In this document: positions 13,003 through 27,480 of the stretch, piece after piece
How positions within the stretch are numbered: the stretch's first letter is position 1
Layout of the letters: every line of letters starts with the position of its first letter
NCBI RefSeq assembly: GCF_035594765.1
Contig: NC_085843.1
Location: forward strand, 164,091,971 to 164,155,970
Direction of reading: 5' to 3'
DNA: 64,000 nucleotides
From: Anolis carolinensis
Lineage: Eukaryota
Program-made: the position numbers and the translations under genes
Notes under the pieces: generated by a model
Databases searched by the model: none
Seen by the model: the letters and a program-made list of their open reading frames with translations, nothing else
What the model was told of the DNA's origin: nothing

Positions 13003-14505
13003 ATATAGGAAAACAGGCTATCCAGTCAGCAAAGTGAAAATGACCAGGTCTCCTTTCATTCATGCTGGGGTCACTGTTGTCAAGTCTAGAACCCATGATT
13101 TAGGTTCAAAATATCTTAATTTATCTCACCAAATATCTTATTGTTTTACTATATGAAGGAAAGATGCTTAAATTTGAGTATAGAAGATTTAGAAAATGTC
13201 CTTTCTATTGGCACTCCCCTTTACCACTAAATCCACTTATTTGGTTTTCATTTGAAGTTATTCTGGTAACAAGGATAGGGTTGTTCTATTAGGAAGTTGA
13301 AAAACAGTAGACTTTTAGGGTGCCTTCCAATTTACATTACAAAATAATTGATATAAAATCCATGCTGAAGACATATAGCATAAAGAATCAAAAATAGAAA
13401 AATATTTACCTATGCAAAGAAATGGGATATGTACATAAGGAAGTAAACTACGAGTAAACTCGCATTCAGTCCTCTGTTAAAAAAAATGTTCTGATTTAAA
13501 GTAGCATTTTGGAGCAATTGTTTCAATTATGACCCATTTATTAATATAAAAATAATATTTTTGCATATTAAGTTATACACAATGAGCATTACAGTATTCC
13601 TGTCTTGATTGAGGTTGATATTAATGTGCAAACTGAAGATCCAATGAACAGAAACGGGTGCTGGGGGCATAAGATCTGGACTTTAGCTCTGATCTTTGAC
13701 TCTCTTGTTGACCTTAAACTGCTCATTCAAACAGGTTTCACCTCAGTAAAATGAGAGGAATAATAATTGATGTCCCTTTAGCACTCTGGATAAAAGTAAT
13801 TAGGTAGGAACTAAATCATGTTAATTACCTAGAAAGGAAATAAAGGCTGTGGACTATATTTTCTATAACAAAATATAATAGAAAATGATAAAAATTCTTT
13901 AACATTTCAAATGTGAGACAGAAGTAAAGGTGGGTCTTTTTGCTGTACGAAGCATTTGATTTTCTGCAACACTACACCATTTAGGTATTTTAATAAAGCC
14001 ATTATTGATTATAATATGAAATTAATCCATGGTGCTGTTTTTTTAAAAAAAAATAGTAGACTATAACAAACTATCCAAATATTTCCCTCTTCTGAGTTAT
14101 CTCAAATTAAAAAGTCATTGATTAACTTGAAATTGTGCTAGATTTAGAATAATTTGTCAAAGAGGCTGGAAGAGAATAGGAAAAAGGGCTCTTCCAGAAT
14201 AATTATAAGTACTTATTATATTATTAAAGCAAAATATACAGAGAACACTAATGTATTTGAAACAAGAGGCCAGTATGATGGTTTGTGAATTAGAAACTGT
14301 TTGAACTAATATGGTTCAAAATGCCAAGAGCACCCATTTCTGCTAGGAAAAACAGAGACATTGTGACAAGATAGGAAAGAAGTCGACAAAAACGACTAGA
14401 TAAAAGTGACTAACAAATCTGGCATATCTAAATTAACCAGAAAGAAAGGTAAATGTCATTTCAGGATCAAATAACAAAGTGTCAAAAAATAAACATATTG
14501 AAGTA

Positions 14506-14815
14506 CAGGTTGAGCATCCCTTAACCAGAATTCCAAAATACTCCAAAATCCAAATTGTCCACATGGATGGCAGAGATAATGAACCGTTTCCTTTTTGCTG
14601 CTTCAATGTACACAAATGTTGTTTCATGCACAGAATTCTTAAAATATTTCATAAAAGTTCATTCAAGCTATGTGCATAAGGTGTATAAGAAACAGGAATA
14701 AATTTCATGTTTAGATTTGGGTCTGATCCCCAAGATATCTCATTCTGTACATGAAAACAGAAGTATTTTGGGGAAAAAATCCAAAATACTTTTGGTCCCA
14801 ACCACTTCAAGATAA
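14506..14815. mobile_element. Older Tigger-like MITE
   Basis: Starts ta-caggttgagcatccctta and is homologous along its length to 56085-56729. Confidence 0.7.
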
Positions 14816-15977
14816 GACACCATAATAATGTATATTGTTTAAAATGCTTATTTATGTTTTATTGATGGTTCATATTTGTCTCTTTGATGTTATTGATTTT
14901 ATATTGTATTTTAAAATTAGATTGTCCACTGTAAGAACAGAATTCCAAAATTGCTCTCTGGTCTTATCCAGCACAGTCCATTTTCTTTTGTGAAAAATAT
15001 TTAAAGATGAACACAATCATGTGGGTACACAAAGGATTTAGTGAAACATATACTAGAGAATGAAGAGCTCCTAAAGCTTTCCTTAGAGATATCTTATATT
15101 TCACTATTATAAGAGTGTACAAATGCATACCATAACTAGGCCTCTAATATCCCTTCAATGTGCATTCTGATCCTGATTATATGCGACATATAAACCATTG
15201 GAAAAGAAATGATAGTATCTGAAACAAATGCTAAAGAGCAGCTGTAAGCATTTCAACTATCAAGGGCTCAAAGATCGTAAGTGGTTCCACAGTTTCCTCT
15301 CTAGAGCACCGATGTTACATCCTCCCCAAAGGCAATAGATATTACATAGGGAAAAAAAGACTATAGTATTTCAACATTCTTTTCTGTATTCAGCATTAAC
15401 AGGAAGACGATGACTCTTCTGATTTTGGAAGAGAACTACTATCACAGAAAAGGGTGAAAATGGGTTGGCTAAAACACAGCTTGTTATTGTAAGAAGTGTA
15501 CAGAAAAAGAAAAAAAAATTGAAGTGAATAAGATAATAACGTAAATTCTCTCTATTTATTATCAAGTTGCACTTCCCCTAGCCCCAAAAGGTTAGGGTAA
15601 AGCCCTGTTATATATACTCACCAACCTAACTTCATGAGGTGTTGAGACACATGACAGATCTCAAAATATCTGCCAAGATCATATAGGAAGAGATTATCTT
15701 TTAACTATCCTAGACCCATACAGTTAGGTCAATACCAGCACTTCGAATTGAGCTCAGAAGTTAATTGAGAATCAGTGCAATTCTTGTGATACCTGTGTTG
15801 GTATGGCCTCTAAAATGCATGCCAGATACAAGTCTGGTTCCTTTATTTGATTCTAGCTGTAGCTTCCAAACACTTTTCAAGGGTAGCCTCATATAGTGCA
15901 TATTACAGTAATTTAATCAGTAGGCAACTAAGGCACAAACTATTTTAGCCAGACTTGTTTAGTCTAAGGATATAGAC

Positions 15978-16242
15978 GGAGCCTCCGATGGCCTAGGGGA
16001 TAAAAGCCTCATGACTTGAAGGTTGGGTTGCTGACCTGAAAGCTGCCAGGTTCGAATCCTACACGGGGAGAGAGCGGATGAGCTCCCTCTATCAGCTCCA
16101 GCTCCATGCGGGGACATGAGAGAAGCCTCCCACAAGGATGGTAAAACATCAAAACATCTGGGCGTCCCCTGGGCAACGTCCTTGCAGACGGCTAATTCTC
16201 TCACTCCAGAAGCAACTCCGGTTGCTCCTGACATGAAAAAAA
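15978..16242 (+). mobile_element. Young tRNA-derived SINE (Sauria-like head, short A tail)
   Basis: B box ggttcgaatcc, A tail and a perfect 12-bp TSD aaggatatagac (15966-15977 and 16243-16254). Confidence 0.92.
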
Positions 16243-18000
16243 AAGGATATAGACAACTTTGCTGAAGAACAGAACTACACTTTCCATGGTCTGGACCATT
16301 CCTCAAGTAATTAATACATGTGTGTATTTGTGCCTTCAAGTCACCTTCAGATTTATGGCAACCCCATGAATTTTATAAGGCACACCATCCAACATTTTCC
16401 AGCTTAAAATGGGATAGATGTACCCTGCAGTTACAAAAAGAACTATAGTATCAAGATGTCACAACTATTTCTTAGAATTTGCCCATGAAACTATTCTGTT
16501 TTATGGAAATACAGACCTCGGGACTCAAGAAGAACTTCCTGGTCTTAGGCTAAAACTAAGAATCTTCTGAAAGGGCAGAAAATTCCCTGTAAATCCCCTC
16601 TATTGATAAACATTGGTTGATTGATCCTGTTTCAAACCCAAACAGCTATACACAATTTCCAAATCATTTAAATAAGCATGTATAAGGTCTTCCATATCTA
16701 GACAAGTTGGGTCACTGGGAATTTACTTATGTGACAGATAACCCATGATCTAGAAAGCAGGAATATTACAATGGAAGTGTCCAAAGGAAAGCCTGGGGAT
16801 TGCTTGGGAAATGGTTTGAATAACAGAGCATGTCAGGAAGAGATAAAACAAGACAGATTTAAAATAAGAGTGAAAGTTTGCCTTTATACAATCAATACAA
16901 GTAATACAAGTAATACAATTATTTAAGTATAAAACAGAGTGTCACAATTTAATTCTACAATTAATCTGCAAAGTAAATTTAAATTGTGAATTTATAAAAG
17001 CATGGAAACTTGATTTAAAAAGAATTTCAATTCTGTACAAACATACTTTAATTTCTATACATGACTGCAATGTAGGCAAGAGGGTCAAATTAAAACTTTA
17101 AATATTTAAACTGGTCAATGGCAGTCAAGTAGTCAAGGAATTATCTCAAGTTTATTGTTAAATATGGATAGCCTTTGAGATAACCTCAAGTACATGTCAT
17201 GGCTTTCTAATGAGTCATTATGTTATTAGTCTATGAAATAGTTCTGAATTCTAAGCAACAAAAGCAAACTTGTTTTAAGCAAATTAAAAGGAACATAATT
17301 ATGCTGCATTCTGAACGCAGTCACATTGTGCATATATCAAAAATACATTAATGAACTGGGCATATTAATAAAAAAAAAGGGCTAAGATTGGCCTTCAAGA
17401 CCTCTTCACTAATTGGAAACGATCTAGCCGGTACATTTTGAATAACTTTCATTGACCAGTTTTTCAACTAACTAAAACTCTTGTACGTTGTTCCCAAGCA
17501 GATGGCTCACCTACTCTATTATCCTTTGTCAAAAGTAAGTAAGACATCATTAGGCAGGATAAGTAAAATAGCAATTGTTTAATTGTGTCGACTTGAATAT
17601 TATTCTTGATGAGCTAAAGTGATTGACTCTGTGGTAGTGTCGACATTTTAAGTGCCTTAGTTCAATTAAAGGCCATTGATAGTGATCATTAACAGAATCA
17701 TTTCTTTGAACCCAGAAACATTATTTTAAAGGGAGTGCTGTTAAACTACACTTTCATTTTAATGAACACAATCTCTAGAACCAAAAGGGTTACTAAAACA
17801 TTACTAACTAGCTTTGTTTAACAGCCCACATAATCCATTAACATCCAAGTGAAGTGGTATCATGTTCCCCAGTGACAACCAATGAATGGTCATGATGAAC
17901 AACAGTACAAACTTATGAAAAGGAGTATTTAATAATGAACAAATCCATTATATAGCCTTATGGTTCTATCTACCTTTGTCACCATCTTTTGAACCATTTA

Positions 18001-18616
18001 CTCTATATACTCGGGTATAAGCCTAGTTTTTCAGCCCTTTTTTAAGACTGAAAAAAAAAACCTTCTTGGCTTATACTCTGGTGAGGGTCCTGGTGGGATT
18101 ATATTCAGGTTGGCTTACAGTCAAGTATATATGGTATATTTATTATTTTTCTCTATTATTATTGGTATTGTTACATTTATTATTTTACTCTATTAATTAT
18201 TATTATTAAATTTATTATTTTACTCTATTATTGTTGTTACCTTTACATTTATTTTACTCTATTTTTATTATTATTAATACATTTATTATTTTACTCTATT
18301 TATTATTACATTCATTATTTTATTGCATTTATTATTATTATTACATTTATTATTTCACTCTATTATTATTAAAAGGATACATAAGCACATTTACATTGAA
18401 GAAGATGAAAACAATGATTTGATCAGAGTTGAACAGTCATATCTTAAATTACAGTTTGATGTAAAGATTCAAAAACATTCAAACTACTGATGCCTCAATT
18501 AATGTAATTTTATTGGTATCTCGGCTTATACTGGAGTCATGTTTTCCTAGTTTTTTTGTGGTAAAATTATGTGCCTCGGCTTATATTCGGGTCGGCTTAT
18601 ACTCGAGTATATACGG
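18001..18616. mobile_element. Tc1/mariner (pogo/Tigger-like) non-autonomous element
   Basis: TIRs c(t)ctatatactcgggtataagcc ... ggcttatactcgagtatatacgg with TA flanks and an AT-rich (ttattattttactcta) interior. Confidence 0.85.
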
Positions 18617-19229
18617 TAGTTTTATATGGCACCAAACCCTCCCTGAAAAAATGAAAATAGATGTAACCAATGCAGTAAAGTCACCTTTACATAACTGTAC
18701 ATGGTAGCTACTCAAATGCCATTTCTTTTGTACATTGATAGTCTTATATGAAAGAGCCTGTGCAGTAGAGTAGTTTAAGTGATGGATCAGGATTCTGTGA
18801 GACAAGGGGTCAAATCCCTGCTCAGCCAAGGAAACTAAAAGTGGCAATTCACACTACGTCGTATTTACAGCAAGTCACTGCCAAAATGTTCCGAATAAGC
18901 ATAAGTTGGTGTCGACTTGAGAAAGAGTGACAGATCCATTTGAGGAAGACACATACAAAAACAAACCCCATTTTAAAAACGTGAAGTGGAAGCTGCACAC
19001 AAAGAACTTGGGAGAAAAACATTACAAGGAACAAATGGCACACCAGTACAATTGTTTCAGTCTACACAAGACAGAAGCTACTAGCTCTAACTGAAATTTC
19101 TTAAATAAATATGGTAAAACCCCTTTTAATCTGGAAATTCTCTTGATTCCCTGTCTTGGAGGAAAGGTGAGGTATACATAAAGTGGTTGATTGGTTGGTT
19201 GCATCTTGTGCTAGCCACTTTCCCTAGCA

Positions 19230-19780
19230 CAGTGTTTCTCAACCTAGGGGTCAGGATCCCTGAAGGGTCGCCAAAGACCATAAGAAAATACATTCACATT
19301 TGTGCATATTGAGTTTTCGTGCCAAGTTTGGTCCAGATCCATCATTGTTTGAGCTCTCTGGATGTAGGTGAACTACAACTCCAAAACTCAAGGTCAATGC
19401 CTATCAAATCCTTCCAGTACTTTCTATTGGTCATGGGAATTTTGTGTACCAAGTCTGGTTAAATTCCATTGTTGGTGGAGTTCAGAATCCTCTTTGATTG
19501 TAAGTGAACTATAAACCCCAGCAACTACAACTCCCAAATGACAAAATCAATCCCCCTCAACCCCACCAGTATTCAAATTTGGGCGTATTGGGTATTTGTG
19601 CCAAATTTGGTCCAATGAATGAAAATACATCCTGCATATCAGATATTTACATTACGATTCATAACAGTAGCAAAATTACAGTTATGAAGTAGCAACGAAA
19701 GTAACGTTATGGTTGGGGGTCACCACAATGTGAAGGACTGTATCAAGGCGTCATGGCATTAGGAAGGTTAAGAACCACTG
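19230..19780. mobile_element. Non-autonomous hAT (Charlie-like) transposon
   Basis: cagtgtttctcaacct ... aggttaagaaccactg TIRs, flanked by cctagca on both sides. Confidence 0.85.
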
Positions 19781-19879
19781 CCTAGCAGTACAGCTATAGT
19801 AAGAAAAAGGTGTCCACTGAACACAATTTAAAGTTACAACCTGTAAAAAGTTCAAGCTATCTTCCATCATGTCTCTCAT

Positions 19880-20525
19880 ATGAGTCTGCCTGGGCCTGAG
19901 ACGAAAGTATATGTTTGTATGGGGGGGGGGGGGGGGAGAGAGAATTTCTCTGTGTCTGCACCTAAGTTCTCAAGTGCCTTTCCGAGAAAGGCTAGAATGG
20001 TCGCCTCCTTGAAATTATTCCATTGGGAATCAAAAAGGTTCAGGAGGACTTTTAGCAGGGTCCTATATTGTTTTAAATGCACTTTTAAATCAGCTTTTTA
20101 TTATTTAAACTGCCTGTTTTAAATTGTTTTAAAATGCTGCTAATACTTTAATTTCATTTTTAAGCTGAGCTTTCATATTCTTTTAACATTGGAGCCTCCG
20201 GTGGCCTAGGGGATAAAAGCCTTGTGACTTGAAGGTTGGGTTGCTGACCTGAAGACTGCCAGGTTCGAATCCCACCCGCGGAGAGTGCGGATGAGCTCCC
20301 TCTATCAGCTCCAGCTCCATGCGGGGACATGAGAGAAGCCTCCCATAAGGATGGTAAAAACATCAAAACATCCGGGCATCCCCTGGGCAACGTCCTTGCA
20401 GACGGCCAATTCTCTCACTCCAGAAGCAACTCTGGTTGCTCCTGACACCAAAAAAAAATTATTTTAACAACATTCTATTTTAATTTGTAAGCTGTCTTGA
20501 GGCCTGATTATGAAAAAGTAAGCTA
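19880..20525 (+). mobile_element. Degraded L2 3' fragment interrupted by a SINE
   Basis: gagagagaatttctctgtgtctgcacctaagttc...gccttc L2 3' motif and a tgtaagctgtcttgag tail. Confidence 0.55.
20191..20458 (+). mobile_element. Young tRNA-derived SINE, same family as 15978-16242
   Basis: Near-identical to 15978-16242, with an A tail and an imperfect TSD att(c/a)ttttaaca. Confidence 0.92.
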
Positions 20526-22701
20526 TAAAAACGATAGTAACAGCAAGAGTAAAAGTAATAACAATAACAACAATGATAATATTGCCAAACCTGCAAATGC
20601 CCTTAGAATACTTACTAAAGATAAAATCATCATTTTTTTGCAATTTGAAAATTGGAATCTGATGTTTTTTCTTGGAAGTAGTCTATTTTCACTTGGGAAA
20701 CCATAAAACATGTTTCCAATTCTAAAATAACTTATTAAAGTTAATCTTCATCATTAAATGTTTTGTTTCAATGAGTCTTTAACTGTAACTGATCATGAGT
20801 AGGATGTTTCCTTTAAAGTAATATGAAGCTCAAGTAAACAAGGCACAAACCTACGGTGACCACTAAATTATTTTTACTTCTCCGACCTGTATTATATTTG
20901 AGCAGCGATCCCTGGAGAATAAGCAGGAAAAATTAAGGTCAAAATGTCCCCAAACATGCCATGCCATTATTAAAAGGGCCATTATTAGAATATCGGTACA
21001 AAATATCTTTTGCAAAAGTCTGAAAGAAAATAGTACTCTGTATTACCTATTACATTTAGCATCCTGATATTTGTGTCTTCATCAATTTTTCATACGATTT
21101 CTGTGATGAAAGAGGGGAAAGTGTTCTATACACTTTTGTAAATCAGATACACAGAATAGTAAAGTTGGAAGGAGGAATGAAAATCATTTCATCAAATGTC
21201 AGGTATTGATTATCTAAATGTCCTACTTGTAACTATTGCAATAGTTTGGACCATATAATAAAAAATACAGACTATGGTGTACAAAGTTTACAGTGAAGGG
21301 GAACCTCATTTCATTGTAAAATATCGGTGACAATACTCTTATTCCTACAGTAATTACACTGATATTTTCCTCATTGTGTGTTTTAAAGGTAGGGAATGAC
21401 TGGCTCGAGCTACAACATGAAAAACAATTGACAGATATTCCCTGTTTTATAATAGTTTGCTTTTGCGTGATCCATTCTTTGGAAAGCAACCAGAACTTCT
21501 TATCTCCTCTGCTTCATCTGTCCCACCTTTCCCAAAACGTCACCCAATCTTTGGATCTCCTTTTCCCTTTAAATTTTGATAGGACTTTGGGAGAGTTTAG
21601 TCAATCCATGGACCTCCCAATCACCACATTCTTCCTTTATTTTTAAGTATATAACAATGATATCTAGGGAATCTAAAAATACTCCTACGGGTGCATCTAG
21701 TATCATGGTTGCTCACCTTGTTATAAGGTATTGTCTTGCTACAAATCGGGAAAAATGCAAGGACCAATTAAAATATTTACTTTGAGGACTGTACAGGAAA
21801 ATAAAACTGAACACTGTCTCGTTTTACATCAAAACAGGGCTACAATATTTGCTTAATATTCTCCACTTCTCCAAGTCATTTCCTGTGGTTTTCCTCAAAC
21901 TGTACCACTATCGGCCTAAACAGCAAGGTCAGCATTGCCTGGGATCAGGCATAAAATAGTTTTAGAATGAAACATGACTAAAGTCACAAAAGACTGGGGA
22001 AAATCAATTAAATGAGCTGGAAGACTAAATTAACTTCTTATTGCAAGAAAAGGCTTTACTTCTAGGATGGAGTTTAATCATAAAATGCTGGTTCCTTTCC
22101 ACCTTTAAACTGACCAATGACTTTATACTGCAGTAATTAAAACAAAAGATAAAGGCACATGGACATCGTTCTGTTTGGCTACATTTCTGAAGGTTTTATC
22201 TCGAACATATAGCATACAAATGCAACAGAGTGTTTGAAGGCATCTTCACACATGATCGCTGCTCACAGAGAAATCTACATAAGAAATTATTTGTGCCATA
22301 GGCGTAAACCAGAGTAGACTGTGTGGTGTTATGTAGAAAACAGATTGACTGTATAGTTCTGGGTTCGAATTCCCATTCATCCATGCAACTAAATTGACAT
22401 CCTTTAGCCAGTTATTTTAACCTGGTATCTTCACAGTGTTATTTTAAAGGACCAAAGTAATTTAAACTAACCTATCCTAACACAAAATCCAGCAACACAA
22501 AACCATACACAGATATGAACAGCACAAATCATCCTCTTTTCCACATCTTTGCATGAGATAGCTTTGCAGTTACCAACTTGATTTACATATAGCAAAATAG
22601 ATTTTATGATTCATCATATGGAATGTTATAAGTGATTTTCTTTTTTGGTATTGTTAGTAATGTTATTAAGAATTTACCAAATTCAAAAAAAGTAACAAGT
22701 A

Positions 22702-23009
22702 CAGTAGAGTCTCACTTATCCAACATAAACGGGTCGGCAGAATGTTGGATAAGTGAATATCTTGGATAATAAGGAGAGATTAAGAAAAAGCCTATTAAAC
22801 ACCAAAATAGGTTATGATTTTACAAATTAAGCACCAAAACATCATGTTATACAACAAATTTGACAGAAAAAGTAGTTCATTATACATTAATGCTATGTAG
22901 TAATTACTGTATTTACGAATTTAGCACCAAAATATCATGATATATTGAAAACATTGACTACAAAAATACGTTGGATAATCCAGAACGTTGGATAAGTGAG
23001 ACTCTACTG
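22702..23009. mobile_element. Tc1/mariner MITE, copy 4 (15 bp shorter)
   Basis: Same TIRs and TA TSD; lacks one subterminal ttggataagcgaa repeat. Confidence 0.95.
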
Positions 23010-23292
23010 TATTTGCTTTCATCTTGTCTTTGCTTTCTGTCATACTGTAAATGTTCATAACAGTGAAGACTGCCTGAAGGGGGATAGCTTTCTTGGAAAA
23101 TGTTACTTTGATAAACTATTTTCCCTTTCATAGACTTCAATAGTTCCACAAGTTATGACAGGAAAATATTATTTGATATGAGATTTGCTGCAGGGATATA
23201 TATTCCATAGGACGTTAGTGGAATCTATCTGTTTTCTCTCAAACAAATCCACACAATTTTTTAGTTAAAAGGGTTGCAATCCTAATAATAGT

Positions 23293-23324
<32 letters not shown>
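23293..23324. repeat. (AAC)n microsatellite
   Basis: About 10 tandem aac units. Confidence 0.95.
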
Positions 23325-24352
23325 GAGGCAGCCCCTCTAGTCAGTATAGAGATGGGTTTTTTTGGCCTAGAACCTTCCATGAACCAGCAACCCAGTTTCA
23401 AAAAAAATATTTTTGAACATTAAACAGTTCAAGGAACTCCATGACTGCCTATACATGCTTTTCATATCATATGCAACTACAGGAAAAGTGCTGGATGCAT
23501 CCTTGCTCATTTCCTTACTCTCTGGGGACAGGAAAATGGTGTGTTGGGGAACTTAACTACTTAAAATGTAAGTATTAACTTTTGGTCATAGTACAGTCAT
23601 ATGAATTTATGCAACAACCAAAGAAATGATTTCCTATGGCACTAACCAGCCTTTTGCTATCATAATTCATGCCAGCCAAGTATGCGATTCAATGTATCTC
23701 CATCATAATATGATTAATGCATGAACACATAGAGTTAACATATTGATTCATGTAGTCCAGAACTGAATGAACCTGTTGCACTGAGGTTGTTTTAGGCTGT
23801 AACTAGCCTATGTTTAGCCATCTCCATAAACATCTTTGGAATAAACACCATTAGAAATGTAAATACATATACAGCCTTTTCTTATAAATTTCATTCTGTG
23901 GATTACTCCTGCAGGGATATATACACTGCTTGATTTGTTATTAATTTCAGTGGAACACTACAATCCTTTCATTTAATATAAGGTATGGCATGAGATGATC
24001 TAAAGCTGAACTGAATGCCCATTTGAGGGATTTGCCAAAAGTGGAAGGGTAAATTTCAAGGGTTGTATTATTCAAAAATGGTCAATCTGCACTCATGGAG
24101 ACCTCTGGGAGTACTGAATACCCCTGAGACATGTTCAACCCGCCCCACCATGAAGGAAAAATTAGGTGAACATGGCCAAACATTGGGAGGGAAATCATTT
24201 CACCCCTAGTTTGGTCCATTTATTTGTCAATTCTCTTTTGGGAAGAGGCATGGCAAAATTTGTCTCTCCATTTCTGTGACTGCCCATTAAGCAGTGTACA
24301 GGGGGCCTTAATGGATAGTGCATACACTAGCAATACACAATAGACCATAGAG

Positions 24353-24487
24353 CAGTGGTTCTCAACCTGTGTGTCCCCAGTTGTTTTGGCCTACAACTCC
24401 CAGAAATCACAGCCAGTTTACCAGCTGTTATGATTTCTGGGAATGGAAGGCCAAAATATCTGGGGACCCACAGGTTGAGAATCACTG
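24353..24487. mobile_element. 135-bp hAT MITE
   Basis: cagtggttctcaacctgtg...cacaggttgagaatcactg with a perfect 8-bp TSD CCATAGAG (24345-24352 and 24488-24495). Confidence 0.95.
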
Positions 24488-24849
24488 CCATAGAGGAATT
24501 AGGGAAGACTACTAAAGATTTGGATCTGTGTCTCAGGAATACCATCTTATATTGTCAGTTCATCTCATGGGCTTTCACTACTTTTTTCCTTTTGAAAACA
24601 GATCATTTTCCAATGTCCAACAGGAGAAATATTTAGATAGTATGATATTAATTTGAATAATGCTTACTTATAGAAGAAAACATTACCAGAAGAAAAATAT
24701 GATCAGAAGAAAATATGCTGACATCAAGATTCTTGACATTCTCACAGAATCTGCTCATAGGTCTGCCCCTACGTACTTTTTTAGGTAAAAAGTTAATGGT
24801 TATATTGACAAATGAGACCATATGATTAGGAAGTCTCGAACCTGGCACA

Positions 24850-26313
24850 ACCATGATTCCTGAAAACTTTAAGCTGTGTTTGGAAGCAGTGATGAGTTGG
24901 CTGCGAGCGAGTAGACTAAAAGTGAATCCCGGAAAAACTGAGATACTCTGGCCCGGCCAGCCACCAGAGTTAATCCAGTCACTGCCTGATTTTGATGGGG
25001 AAGTTCTGGTTCCGTCTGCCACTGTTAAAAGCCTTGGGGTTGTGTTGGACTCATCGCTGACAATGGAGGCCCAGATCACTGCCATAAGCTCTATAAAGCT
25101 CTAAACGGTTCCGGCCCAGCTTATCTGTCCGAACGTGTCTCCCGCTACGACCCACCTCGAAGCTTAAGATCGTCAGATGAGGCCCTGCTCGCGGTCCCGT
25201 CAGCCTCACAGGTGCGGCTGGCGGGGACGAGAGACAGGGCCTTTTCAGTGGTGGCTCCCCGCCTATGGAACGCCCTCCCCATTGAAGTCAGGCAGGCTCC
25301 CTCCCTCCTGTCTTTCCGAAAGAGGACAAAAACGTGGCTATGGGACCAGGCATTTGAGCATGAGTAGCAGCAAAAATGAGATAAGAATATATGACCTACT
25401 GACAGACCCCACATGAACATGGAAAGCGCCTTAAATGTATATTTAAATGTATAATTATGTATATTTTAATGGATATTCTTAATTTTATTGTAATTTTTAA
25501 TCTTGATGGATTTTTAAATTTGATGACAACTGTTTTTAATGTGTATGGTTATACTGTAAGCCGCCCTGAGTCCCCTGATGGGTGAGAAGGGCGGGGTAGA
25601 AGTGATGTAATAAATAAATATAAATAAGTAAGCAGGCCTTTTTTCATCTTTGCCAGGCAAGGAAATTGGCATCCTATCTTTCGACAGAAGCATTGGCAAC
25701 AGTAATCCATGCAACAGTCACCACTAGGTTGGATTATTGTAACGCCTTATATGCCGGCCTTCCAAAGACAAAAACCCAGAAGATCCGAATGGTTCAAAAT
25801 GCGGCGGCCAGGCTGCTAGTGGGATCATCTATAAGATCCCATATTACACCGATTCTGAAACAACTGCATTGGCTACCAATAGAACATTGGATCTCTTACA
25901 AGATACTGATCCTGACATTTAGAGCTCGAAATGGCCAAGGACCATTATATCTTAGGGACTGCCTCATTCACCTTGATCCTCCCAGGAAAATCTCCTATAT
26001 GTACTGGGCCCTAGGGAGGTACACCTGGAAGCTACAAGGCATAGAGCCTTTTCGACCTATGCTCCAATTCTGTGGAACCCATTGCCTCCATATGTTAGAG
26101 CAATGTCGGAGTTGTGACCTTTTGTAAAAGCGCTCAAGACTTGGCTGTTTGGTTGTGCATTTAAGTAAATCAGATCTAATTTGCTAAATAGTCACTGTTG
26201 AATGGTTTTATGTTGAATGTTTTATATTGTGGAATGATATTTTAAATTGTAAGTCGCTCGGAGCACTCTGGTGGAGAGCGACTAATTAAGAAATAAAGTG
26301 AAGTGAAGTGAAG
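24850..26313 (+). mobile_element. 5'-truncated L2 LINE (ORF2 C-terminus), interrupted by a second L2
   Basis: Encodes CLEAVMSWLRASRLKVNPGKTE...VKSLGVVLDSSLTMEAQITAIS|KQAFF...RLDYCNALYAGLP...VQNAAARLL...LHWLPI, hallmark L2 ORF2 motifs, and ends in a (gtgaa)n tail. Confidence 0.93.
25089..25623 (+). mobile_element. Nested L2 3' fragment of a different subfamily
   Basis: YKALNGSGPAYLSER...RAFSVVAPRLWNALP motif, (aaat)n tail and TSD ataag (25084-25088 and 25624-25628). Confidence 0.9.
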
Positions 26314-27480
26314 AAGGAAGTGAGGGTTGAATAGCGGGGCTACATTTAATTTGGAGTGGAATATTCAAACTGCACACCTCCAAATATTTAATAAACCAGG
26401 AAAACAACTTCCTGTCCATTACAAGGTCAGATCAGTGATGCCTTCAAGCCTAGAAATGCCACCATGTTTGTAATAGCTCTAAAACATTTCTTAAGGGTTG
26501 ATCCATTGAAATAAAAGAGTGTGCATGTTCCAAGGATGTTTTCAGAAATGCCTGCAGTATTTGATGCTGGATGACTATGAAACAGTCTTTTGTTCTCAGA
26601 AGTTCATGATGGATATCTATAACTCTTTTCTGTCACAGAGATAAGACCAGCCTTGTCTCCCTAACTACCATTTCAAAGGAAGATTCACAGTACTTTGACT
26701 TTTGATTTGTAAAGCAACAAGCTTGACCACCTGCACAAGATATGAGCTGTTACTGAGCCTGCTTTGTACCATCTTATGAACAGAGCAGGCATTTAAAACA
26801 AGAAACAAGTTGATACGTGAGTGCACCAATTTACAGAGCAAATGTTCAATTCAAATATGGAATAAACCATGTAAAGTGCATGTATTGTTTTACAAATTAT
26901 ATTATTAATAAAGAGAAGATTCAGCGAAAGGTCTCCTACAGTAGGCATGATTGTGTAAAAATGATAGTGACATAGATTGAAAAAAGACAAATATTCCACC
27001 AGCCATTGCCACTGATGTATGCAGAAGACATGTATACAATTAAATAGATAAACCTTCCAAATTAAACATTATAGCCATTTAGAACCCTGCACACATGTTA
27101 ATTCAGCATATCTTTTTTAAAAATGTATATTTTACTGTCCCAGATTCTTAGGGTGATTTTAATTCAGCAGTGTGCCTATATAACATAATTCCAAGAGGCA
27201 AGAGAGGATGAAACAGCAGCTACCAGTTAGAAGCATTTGAGTATGAATAGGGCTATGAGCATTTTTTTTAGCATCTGCCTCTACTGGCACCAGAATTGCA
27301 GCAGAAAAGATGAGAGTGGATGAGCTTACGAATTTTTCACACCAAGTAAACTTAAAAGTTGTTTTTTTAAAAATCAGTTTAATTTTAATAATTTTTCAAA
27401 CAAACTGTTTTTGTCCCAATTCTGCCAAAGTTAAAAATGAAGCTTAGTTTAAGCATAGTGTTAATAATAATAATAATAAT

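Noticed and set aside
15978-16070. tRNA gene (A/B boxes)
   Set aside because: It is a SINE head with a body, A tail and TSD; no complete cloverleaf.
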